The position numbers and the translations under genes were made by a program. A stretch of 64,000 nt of DNA from an uncultured virus (IMG/VR IMGVR_UViG_3300001460_000017). Taxonomy: Duplodnaviria > Heunggongvirae > Uroviricota > Caudoviricetes. Every line of letters begins with the position of its first letter. The first letter of the stretch is position 1. Below are positions 1 through 7,357 of the stretch, piece after piece. The notes under the pieces were generated by a model that worked only from the letters and a program-made list of their open reading frames with translations, did no database searches and was not told where the DNA came from. Where the stretch lies: IMG/VR virus record IMGVR_UViG_3300001460_000017; one strand, given 5' to 3'.

Positions 1-1035
1 ATGATTCCAGCAGAACGTGAAAAAGATTTTATTCAAAAAGGATTTAAAAGATCAGCATTAAGAACAGAAGAAACTAACGAAGGCGAAATGCGTTTAGACA
101 AATCAGCATTTGTTCAAATGTTAGCAGACAAAATTAAAGAACCTCAAAAAGGACATGGCAGACCAGAATACGATAATAGACTGTTGGCAAAGATGTACAA
201 ATTGATTACAGGTAAAGATGTAGATTTTGAAGGCAACAAGTTTACTATCACAATGAACAAACCAGCAAGTGAAGAAACAGTGCAGGAAGACGCACCATTC
301 GATGGTATGAGTTTAGTAAGAATGGCTTTAATGAAAAAGTTTATTACAGCAGAAGAATGGCATGGTTTAAAAGATAAGTGGAAAAACGCAGTTGCAGAGT
401 TAGAACAAAGATATAATGATTGGCCAGATGGTGAAGGATTTGGATCATCTGATCACAATTTTGCAATTAAAGAATTAATGGAACTTGTTGGATATGAATT
501 TGATGACAAAGATACAAGTGGTAGATTTGTTGTATCGAAAATGCCTCCAGAATTAGAAAAGATGGGATTAAAAAATGCCAGAATGAAAGATGCAGTTGCA
601 ACTGAAGATTCAGTTAAAGAAGGTGCATCAATGATTCCTTATTTTAAAACTGAAAAAGATTTTGATGGAGAGAAAACTACTGTGTATGAATTTCCAATGG
701 CTTGGGCAAAAGATAAAGAGTTAGATACTCCTTACTTGAGTAATGCCAGCATGAGAGAATTTTTAACTGGATTAGGTTACAGCGGAGATTTTGAAAATAT
801 GAGTGCTGTACCTGTAGATGAATTTATTGGTGTTTCAACACAATGGTTGAAAAAGAATATTGGTAAACGATCTCCAGAAGAACCTACAACAATAGATAAA
901 AATCCTGATGGTCCTACAATGATATCAGGTGGTAAACCTGAAGGATATATGAACCAACAGGTTAAACTTCACAACGAACTTGCCAGAAAAATCAAATCAA
1001 AATACCCAGAAGTTACACATTTAGGTTTCAATTAA
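1..1035 (+). CDS. hypothetical protein, possibly a modular internal head protein; may be 5'-truncated at the window edge
   Basis: 344 aa ORF; modules separated by acidic linkers (TEETNE, EETVQE, EDSVKE); stop overlaps next start (TAATG). Confidence 0.6.
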   Translation: MIPAEREKDFIQKGFKRSALRTEETNEGEMRLDKSAFVQMLADKIKEPQKGHGRPEYDNRLLAKMYKLITGKDVDFEGNKFTITMNKPASEETVQEDAPFDGMSLVRMALMKKFITAEEWHGLKDKWKNAVAELEQRYNDWPDGEGFGSSDHNFAIKELMELVGYEFDDKDTSGRFVVSKMPPELEKMGLKNARMKDAVATEDSVKEGASMIPYFKTEKDFDGEKTTVYEFPMAWAKDKELDTPYLSNASMREFLTGLGYSGDFENMSAVPVDEFIGVSTQWLKKNIGKRSPEEPTTIDKNPDGPTMISGGKPEGYMNQQVKLHNELARKIKSKYPEVTHLGFN

Positions 1036-1760
1036 TGCGTATATTGGACTTAGAATCCAATATTGACAAATACAACAAAAAGTTGTATAATGAAGATATG
1101 GAAACTAAACCAATTGTATATTTAGACATGGACGGAGTTATGGCTGACTTCTTCGGTGGTATTGAAAAACTGTATGGTGTCAAGCACTGGAAAGAACTTA
1201 CATCAGATAGAACTAAAGATTTAAAAGCAGAAGTAATTGAAAAAATTACTGGTACAAACTTTTTTGAAACTTTGCCAAAATTTACAAGTGCTGATCAATT
1301 AATTGACTTGGTGAAAAAATTTACAGGTGGAACTTTTTCAATTTGTTCTTCACCATTAAGAGGTGACAATGCCAATTCAGCAAAATGGAAAAAAGTATGG
1401 ATCAACAAAAACATTGATCAACCTACAGAAACAATTATTACTGGTAGAAAAGAATCTTATGCTGTTAACAAACAAACTAAACAACCTAACATCTTAATAG
1501 ATGATAGACCAATCAACATACAAAAATGGAACAGTGCAGGTGGCTTTGGAATACTGTATCAAGCCAACAGAGACTCATTGAGCAAAATTAAATCAGAATT
1601 AGAAGCATACACAAAACAACATCAAACAAAACAAGAAGGTGTTGGAATCATTACAAAACAAAATACAACCGCAGATGTAAAGCCAGGTGAAACACAACGT
1701 CAAGCGGCAAAGTTTGGATTTAAAATAGACAAAAAAGGTAGCCCACCTAAACTAAGATGA
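1035..1760 (+). CDS. 5'(3')-deoxyribonucleotidase (NT5C-like HAD family) with N- and C-terminal extensions
   Basis: HAD motif I YLDMDGVMADF and motif IV ILIDDRPIN. Confidence 0.8.
   Translation: MRILDLESNIDKYNKKLYNEDMETKPIVYLDMDGVMADFFGGIEKLYGVKHWKELTSDRTKDLKAEVIEKITGTNFFETLPKFTSADQLIDLVKKFTGGTFSICSSPLRGDNANSAKWKKVWINKNIDQPTETIITGRKESYAVNKQTKQPNILIDDRPINIQKWNSAGGFGILYQANRDSLSKIKSELEAYTKQHQTKQEGVGIITKQNTTADVKPGETQRQAAKFGFKIDKKGSPPKLR
1063..1091 (+). promoter_or_regulatory. sigma70-type promoter inside the nucleotidase ORF
   Basis: TTGACA(1063-1068)-17 nt-TATAAT(1086-1091), perfect consensus; in-frame ATG at 1098. Confidence 0.75.
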
Positions 1761-2071
1761 AAATAAGAGATGTCATTGCTGATTGGATTATCATGCCTCA
1801 AACTATCAAGCCACAAGGCTTAATACATAAAAAAGGTACAGGTCCTAATAATAGATTTGGTTTCAAAAATGTGGGCAATAATAAAGCCAACGAAAATTTT
1901 GCAGACGGCAAGAAAAAAGGCAAAAGCAGACCAGGCAGAGTAAAAAAAGCAGGTGCCAGTTGCAATGGTAGTGTAACATCATTGCGTAAGAAGGCTAAAA
2001 ACGCATCCGGAGAGAAGGCTAAGATGTATCATTGGTGTGCTAATATGAAGTCTGGCAGAAGTAAATCTTAA
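1757..2071 (+). CDS. basic hypothetical protein, putative internal virion protein
   Basis: 104 aa, Lys-rich; N-terminus MKIRDVIAD; ATGA overlap with upstream gene. Confidence 0.6.
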   Translation: MKIRDVIADWIIMPQTIKPQGLIHKKGTGPNNRFGFKNVGNNKANENFADGKKKGKSRPGRVKKAGASCNGSVTSLRKKAKNASGEKAKMYHWCANMKSGRSKS

Positions 2072-2077
2072 TAAATA
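2071..2077 (+). promoter_or_regulatory. late-promoter-like motif ATAAATA
   Basis: Resembles T4 late promoter TATAAATA; recurs upstream of many genes in this window. Confidence 0.55.
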
Positions 2078-2101
2078 CATTATAACAAAGAGGAATAAAC
2101 A

Positions 2102-2344
2102 ATGGCTGAATTTTTAGATAGATTAGTAAATGCTCGTGATTCAAGAACAGGTTGGGTCAAAGAAACAGCATCATCAATATTATCATTAAAAACTAGATTT
2201 GAATCCGGTGAGATCACAGAATCGAAATACGTACAAAGTTTAGACGTATTAAAGTCTGGCGAAACTGACGTTGGATTAGGTGGTAGTTATGACGAAAGAG
2301 CAATCATCGACAACGGCATTCTAAATCTAAAAAATTTACTGTAA
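2102..2344 (+). CDS. hypothetical protein
   Basis: 80 aa ORF with GAGGA SD. Confidence 0.65.
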   Translation: MAEFLDRLVNARDSRTGWVKETASSILSLKTRFESGEITESKYVQSLDVLKSGETDVGLGGSYDERAIIDNGILNLKNLL

Positions 2345-2345
2345 T

Positions 2346-2528
2346 ATGCGTTATAAGGATTTCAAAATGGTAGAAGCCCGTGTGGACTATCATTATGGGC
2401 TGGATCCTGAAATGCTGGTATACACGCACAAAGTGGGCGACATATACGGTAAAAAGAACCTCAAAGTACCACACGCAAAATACACCACATCTAAACGTGT
2501 TAAAAATTTACATAAAGGCGGTAAATAA
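2346..2528 (+). CDS. small hypothetical protein, putative internal virion protein
   Basis: 60 aa; N-terminus MRYKDFKMVE resembles a T4 capsid-targeting sequence. Confidence 0.55.
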   Translation: MRYKDFKMVEARVDYHYGLDPEMLVYTHKVGDIYGKKNLKVPHAKYTTSKRVKNLHKGGK

Positions 2529-2532
2529 CATT

Positions 2533-2763
2533 ATGCGTATCAGAGACATTATATCAGAAGTTGCAACAGCAGGTGCTACATCGGCTGGCAGTATTGCAAC
2601 AGTGGCTAATCCACACATAGCAATAGGCAACAAAAAAGCACGTGATGCCTATGGCAAAAAAGGTGCTCCATCAATGCCACCCAAAGCAAAGATGCAGAAA
2701 CCAACTGACAATGCTCTAGACATGAAAGGTACCTCAGTTTTTGGTGCTCCAATAAAGAGATAA
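2533..2763 (+). CDS. small hypothetical protein, putative internal virion protein
   Basis: Start re-called to ATG 2533 (MRIRDIISE), 5 nt after GTAAATA (2521-2527). Confidence 0.65.
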   Translation: MRIRDIISEVATAGATSAGSIATVANPHIAIGNKKARDAYGKKGAPSMPPKAKMQKPTDNALDMKGTSVFGAPIKR

Positions 2764-2771
2764 ATATTACT

Positions 2772-3398
2772 ATGAAACATTCAGATTTAACAAAAAAAGA
2801 CGTTGCTAAAGAAGGCAAAATGCCACAAGCGGCTATTGACGCATTAGCAAAGAAGAACGGCAAGAGTACTAAAAAAGATTCTAAAAAAGACGTACAAACA
2901 GAAGACCTAGCACTGATGGCTCACAAAGCGGAAATGGATCATGAAGTGCAAATGGCAAGATCAGATTTATACAAAGCGGCAAAATATTCAATTAAACTGC
3001 ACGAAATATTAAAAAATGTTTCAGAAGAACAAGGCTTAGAAGGTTGGGTAGCGGCTAAGATTACTAAAGCGGCAGACTATTTAAGTTCTGTTAAACACTA
3101 CATGGAATATGAAATGATGCCTCAAAACAACGTTGAATTACCAGTAGAACCTAAAACTGAACCAGTTGAAGACGCAGTTGATTATAAAGAATCATTAGCA
3201 AACAAATTACAGAATAAATTAAAAGAGTCTACAAAAACTTGTAAAGATTGTAACAAACCAACATGGGAAACACTGGATGAAGCAGAAAAGCAAAAAGGTG
3301 TTGACGGTAAAGTGTGTTGGAAAGGCTACAAAAGAATGGGCACCAAGAAAAAAGGTGGCAAAACAGTAGACAACTGCGTTCCAATCAAGAAAAAATAA
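2772..3398 (+). CDS. hypothetical protein, putative internal virion protein
   Basis: 208 aa; ATAAATA at 2760-2766; C-terminal CWKGY...KKKGG..NCV module. Confidence 0.65.
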   Translation: MKHSDLTKKDVAKEGKMPQAAIDALAKKNGKSTKKDSKKDVQTEDLALMAHKAEMDHEVQMARSDLYKAAKYSIKLHEILKNVSEEQGLEGWVAAKITKAADYLSSVKHYMEYEMMPQNNVELPVEPKTEPVEDAVDYKESLANKLQNKLKESTKTCKDCNKPTWETLDEAEKQKGVDGKVCWKGYKRMGTKKKGGKTVDNCVPIKKK

Positions 3399-3447
3399 AA
3401 ATCCAATAAATACACACAGTTATTTTAAACCATGAAAGGGCTGTGTC

Positions 3448-4101
3448 TTGAATTTTGTTGCAAATATTCCATATACAAAATGTTGGGTTCGTAAAGAATA
3501 CTTACACGACCTTGAGAAAGGTCATGGCGAATTCGTTGAGGCAGTAGTTATTGCTGTCAAATCAGTGCAAGGCAGAGCATTAATGTTTGAAGCATACCTT
3601 CCAGAATATGGTGCTTGTTTCGACAAGTTTCCTTTATCCGCATTTGTATGGCGTACAGACATCAAAGAAGAAGAACAATTACCACTTGGCACATTAGAAC
3701 TTTGGGATAGTTTCAGTAGCAATATCCAAGTGTGGACAAAATCCATGCTTAAAAATTGTGATGTAGAAATTATGTTAAAGGGTGGTGGCAGAATAAAAGG
3801 CGAATACCTTTTCACAATAGATGCTTGCCACGGTGATGCAAACTCTGTGAACACTGGAGTTTCAGAAGTACCAAGCGAACACAAACAGCACAATTTTGGT
3901 AGACTTATCAATGGTCAATACTTTGCACAACCAAACAATAGAATGCTTTGGTTCGAACAATCATTGACTGCATCAGAACTAAAAAGACCAGACTTCCAAG
4001 TTAGTACCAAAGAGTTTTTCTGTGAAAACGAAAGCACAGTAACTTTTGGTGATTCAAACGATTATTTCTACGAAGAAAAAGACAGCCCAGCCAAAAAATA
4101 G
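3448..4101 (+). CDS. hypothetical protein
   Basis: 217 aa ORF, TTG start; ATAAATA at 3406-3412. Confidence 0.7.
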   Translation: MNFVANIPYTKCWVRKEYLHDLEKGHGEFVEAVVIAVKSVQGRALMFEAYLPEYGACFDKFPLSAFVWRTDIKEEEQLPLGTLELWDSFSSNIQVWTKSMLKNCDVEIMLKGGGRIKGEYLFTIDACHGDANSVNTGVSEVPSEHKQHNFGRLINGQYFAQPNNRMLWFEQSLTASELKRPDFQVSTKEFFCENESTVTFGDSNDYFYEEKDSPAKK

Positions 4102-4103
4102 AC

Positions 4104-4132
4104 TTGACTTTATCATAAGAATTAAGTACAAT
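4104..4132 (+). promoter_or_regulatory. sigma70-type promoter
   Basis: TTGACT-17 nt-TACAAT in intergenic gap. Confidence 0.7.
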
Positions 4133-4167
4133 AAGTATTATTAATTTTTAAAAAGGTAAAGTATTTT

Positions 4168-4761
4168 ATGATAGAAGGATTCAAAATCCCAAAAGTAACA
4201 TTCAGAGTGAGAACAGGCGATGCAGTTGAAACAGACGACGGTTGTGCAATTGGTGGAGAATGGCATAACGCAACAACTGATTCATATTTCAAAGATAAAA
4301 GAGTAGTAATTTTTAGTTTACCAGGAGCATTTACTCCTACGTGTTCAAGTCAGCAACTACCAGGTTTCGAAAAAGAATACATTAACATTAAAGGTATGGG
4401 TGTTAATGAAATATATTGTGTGTCAGTGAATGATTCATTTGTAATGAATGCATGGGCAGATAGAATGAATATAAAAAACGTAAAAATGATTCCAGATGGA
4501 TCTGGAAACTTTACAAGATTTATGGGTATGCTTATTGGTAAAAATCATTTAGGCTTCGGAAATAGAAGTTGGAGATACATGGCAGTTATAAATGACGGCG
4601 TTGTAGAAAAATGGTGGCAAGAGCCAGGCATAAACAATGAAGGTATAGACGATGACCCATACATTGAATCTACGCCAGATAATATGATTGAGTATCTAGA
4701 CCAAGAATTTAAAACAGGAAATTATGGAGATTACTCAGGCATAGTCCATAGTAATATATAA
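4168..4761 (+). CDS. peroxiredoxin (Prx5/redoxin family)
   Basis: FSLPGAFTPTCS peroxidatic motif; SVNDSFVMNAW; RSWRY. Confidence 0.9.
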   Translation: MIEGFKIPKVTFRVRTGDAVETDDGCAIGGEWHNATTDSYFKDKRVVIFSLPGAFTPTCSSQQLPGFEKEYINIKGMGVNEIYCVSVNDSFVMNAWADRMNIKNVKMIPDGSGNFTRFMGMLIGKNHLGFGNRSWRYMAVINDGVVEKWWQEPGINNEGIDDDPYIESTPDNMIEYLDQEFKTGNYGDYSGIVHSNI

Positions 4762-4773
4762 AAGGAGAAAAAG

Positions 4774-5196
4774 ATGGAACTAAAAGAAAGTAAAACAGCA
4801 CAAAACTTAAAAGATGCATTCTCAGGTGAAAGCCAAGCAAACAGAAGATATCTTTACTTTGCTCAAAAGGCAGACATCGAAGGAGCACCAGATGTTGCCG
4901 CAGTATTTAGAAGCACAGCAGAAGGTGAGACAGGACACGCACACGGACATCTAGAATACCTAGAAGAAGTTGGAGATCCAGCAACAGGTGAAAAGATGGG
5001 TGAAACAGAAGATAATCTTAAATCTGCAATCAAAGGTGAAACACATGAGTACACAGATATGTACCCTGGTATGGCAAGAACTGCTAGAGACGAAGGCTTT
5101 GAAGAAATTGCTGATTGGTTTGAAACACTAGCAAAAGCAGAGAAGTCACACGCAGGTAAATTTCAAAGAACACTAGACTCATACAAAGGAGAATAA
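4774..5196 (+). CDS. rbr: rubrerythrin (short di-iron form, no rubredoxin domain)
   Basis: AFSGESQANRRY, EGETGHA, GETHEYTDMYP, AEKSHA di-iron ligand motifs. Confidence 0.9.
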   Translation: MELKESKTAQNLKDAFSGESQANRRYLYFAQKADIEGAPDVAAVFRSTAEGETGHAHGHLEYLEEVGDPATGEKMGETEDNLKSAIKGETHEYTDMYPGMARTARDEGFEEIADWFETLAKAEKSHAGKFQRTLDSYKGE

Positions 5197-5197
5197 T

Positions 5198-5458
5198 ATG
5201 TCAGCAAGAACATACGGTCCAGAAGAACAAGCAAAACTGAAAAGGATCATCGACGAAGGAGCCAATGTGCTTTCTGAAGTTGAAGATTTAAGTTCAGGTT
5301 TGAAAGACACTGTGAAAGCGGTTGCCGAAGAATTAGAAGTTAAACCATCACTGATTAACAAAGCAATTAAGATTGCTCATAAAGGTGAATGGCACAAATA
5401 TTCAGACGACTTTGATTCGTTAGAAAACTTGATTATCGCAGTTGGCAAAGACAAATAA
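5198..5458 (+). CDS. small DNA-binding protein, possibly T4 DsbA-like
   Basis: 86 aa helical; LKDTVKAVAEELEVKPSLINKAIKIAHK pattern. Confidence 0.5.
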   Translation: MSARTYGPEEQAKLKRIIDEGANVLSEVEDLSSGLKDTVKAVAEELEVKPSLINKAIKIAHKGEWHKYSDDFDSLENLIIAVGKDK

Positions 5459-5732
5459 AATAATCAGATACTTCGAAGAGTCATACAAGCAAGACAAGTT
5501 ATGCTTCTGGTTGGAAATGATCAGTACAGTTGTAAACATTGTTGCAAGTATGACGTTGGCACTTAATGCCACAGATCCCGATATGCGTATTGTCTATCCA
5601 TTTTTCATAATAGGTTCAGCATTAGCCATATTCACTTTTTACAGAAGAAAATTAGTCTGGCCCACAATGTTGGTTAGTTATTTCCTTTGCATGAATATTC
5701 TTGGGTTTGGTATAGCAATGAGGTACTGGTAA
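5442..5732 (+). CDS. small membrane protein
   Basis: 96 aa, three hydrophobic segments. Confidence 0.6.
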   Translation: MAKTNKIIRYFEESYKQDKLCFWLEMISTVVNIVASMTLALNATDPDMRIVYPFFIIGSALAIFTFYRRKLVWPTMLVSYFLCMNILGFGIAMRYW

Positions 5733-6031
5733 TGAAGTATATGGTTGACATCGATAACACAATTTGCTATAATAAAGATAGCAATTACGAACAAAGTCAA
5801 CCCGATATGGAACGGATTGCAAAGTTGAACAAACTGTTTGATGAAGGACATGAACTCCATTATTGGACAGCAAGAGGTGGTAATTCTGGAATAGACTGGA
5901 CAGAACTTACCAACAAGCAACTTAACGATTGGGGAGTAAAACACACTTCAATCAATATGAAGAAACCGGTATATGATGTTTGGGTTGATGATAGAGCAGT
6001 AAACATAAAGGACTTTTTTAATGAGAATTGA
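5732..6031 (+). CDS. minimal HAD-superfamily phosphatase
   Basis: Start re-called to ATG 5732; VDIDNTI, WTARG, KKP, WVDDRA motifs. Confidence 0.8.
   Translation: MKYMVDIDNTICYNKDSNYEQSQPDMERIAKLNKLFDEGHELHYWTARGGNSGIDWTELTNKQLNDWGVKHTSINMKKPVYDVWVDDRAVNIKDFFNEN
5745..5773 (+). promoter_or_regulatory. sigma70-type promoter embedded in HAD ORF, upstream of guaC
   Basis: TTGACA-17 nt-TATAAT perfect consensus. Confidence 0.55.
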
Positions 6032-7073
6032 TTATAACATACATTTAGATTATTCAGACGTATTGCTACAACCTAAAAGATCCACATTAAATTCAAGACG
6101 TGACGTTGACATTTTAAGAAAATTTAAATTTAGAAACAGTGGTAAAGAATTATCATATGTTCCTATTGTAGCATCCAATATGGATGGTGTAGGAACTTTT
6201 TCTATGGCAAGAGTACTACAAGAATATAAAATGCTTACAGTAATTAGAAAGCATTATACATTAGATGATTGGAAGCAGGCGGCAGGCACAGGACTTAAAT
6301 TTAAATATGTTTCTGCCTGTGTAGGCACTGGAGCAATACACAACGAAGATGCTACAGATTACCAAACATTAAAACAAGTGATGTCATCATTTCCTGATAT
6401 ACCTTGTATAACAATTGATGTTGCGAATGCTTATCATGAATCATTTGTAGACTTTGTAACAAAAATTAGAGAAGAATATCCAGAAAAAATAATCATTGCT
6501 GGCAATGTTGTGACGCCAAACATGACTGAAGAATTAATTATAAAAGGTGCTGACATTGTTAAAGTTGGTATAGGTCCAGGCAGTGTATGTACTACAAGAA
6601 CACAAACAGGAGTTGGGGTTCCACAGTTTTCAGCAATTATGGAATGTTCAGATGCCGCAAATGGTGTTGGTGGTCATATTATTGCAGACGGAGGTTGCAC
6701 ACAACCAGGTGATGTTGCAAAAGCATTAAGCGGTGGTGCACATTTTGTTATGCTAGGTGGAATGTTAGCAGGACATGATGAATCAGAATTAGAGTTAAAA
6801 GATGGTAAAAGAGTGTTTTATGGCATGGCTTCACAGACAGCATTAAACACACACGGACAAAGAAAAGACGGATACAGAGGCGTAGAAGGCAAAACAGTAA
6901 CACTAGAAGATAAAGGCCCAGTCAGAGAGACTGTTGAACAAATATTAGGTGGAGTAAGAAGCACTTGTACTTACATTGGAGCAAGAAGAATTAAAGATAT
7001 GCCAAAAGCGGCACACTTTGTTAGAGTGAACAATGTAATCAACAGAGTATTTGACAGATATGAAAAAAATTGA
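6021..7073 (+). CDS. guaC: GMP reductase
   Basis: ASNMDGVGTF, IDVANAY, KVGIGPGSVCTTR, IIADGG, FYGMAS, YRGVEGK; no CBS domains. Confidence 0.9.
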   Translation: MRIDYNIHLDYSDVLLQPKRSTLNSRRDVDILRKFKFRNSGKELSYVPIVASNMDGVGTFSMARVLQEYKMLTVIRKHYTLDDWKQAAGTGLKFKYVSACVGTGAIHNEDATDYQTLKQVMSSFPDIPCITIDVANAYHESFVDFVTKIREEYPEKIIIAGNVVTPNMTEELIIKGADIVKVGIGPGSVCTTRTQTGVGVPQFSAIMECSDAANGVGGHIIADGGCTQPGDVAKALSGGAHFVMLGGMLAGHDESELELKDGKRVFYGMASQTALNTHGQRKDGYRGVEGKTVTLEDKGPVRETVEQILGGVRSTCTYIGARRIKDMPKAAHFVRVNNVINRVFDRYEKN

Positions 7074-7293
7074 TCAAACTTTAAAATGGATTGCTACATT
7101 TACTTTAATTGTAGGAACGTTCGTTAACGCAGGTTTTCCAGAACTTTATCCAATAGGACCAATACTTTTAGCAATGGGCGGAGTAGTTTGGTTAATTGTT
7201 TCATTAATTTGGAAAGAACCTGCACTAATAACAACAAATTTAGTATTGACAATTACCGGTTTAGGTGGTATACTGTTATATTATTTGCGTTAG
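7060..7293 (+). CDS. small membrane protein
   Basis: Three hydrophobic segments; start re-called to ATG 7060. Confidence 0.6.
   Translation: MKKIDQTLKWIATFTLIVGTFVNAGFPELYPIGPILLAMGGVVWLIVSLIWKEPALITTNLVLTITGLGGILLYYLR
7246..7274 (+). promoter_or_regulatory. sigma70-type promoter for DNA polymerase
   Basis: TTGACA-17 nt-TATACT with TGn extended -10. Confidence 0.7.
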
Positions 7294-7297
7294 GCTC

Positions 7298-7347
7298 AAT
7301 CAGCCACAAGTGATTATTTGGTATTTTGTCAGCCACAAATGACAAAA
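7298..7347 (+). promoter_or_regulatory. tandem hairpins with near-identical loops in the polymerase 5' UTR (putative translational operator)
   Basis: AATCA-GCCACAAG-TGATT and TTTTGTCA-GCCACAAA-TGACAAAA, directly before SD AGGAG (7348-7352). Confidence 0.7.
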
Positions 7348-7357
7348 AGGAGAACAA

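Noticed and set aside
2380..2532. Upstream extension of ORF 2380-2763
   Set aside because: Overlaps 2346-2528 in another frame; ATG 2533 follows a late motif and gives a family-typical N-terminus
6021..7073. IMP dehydrogenase (guaB) call
   Set aside because: No CBS domains; ASNMDGVGTF and YRGVEGK fit GMP reductase better
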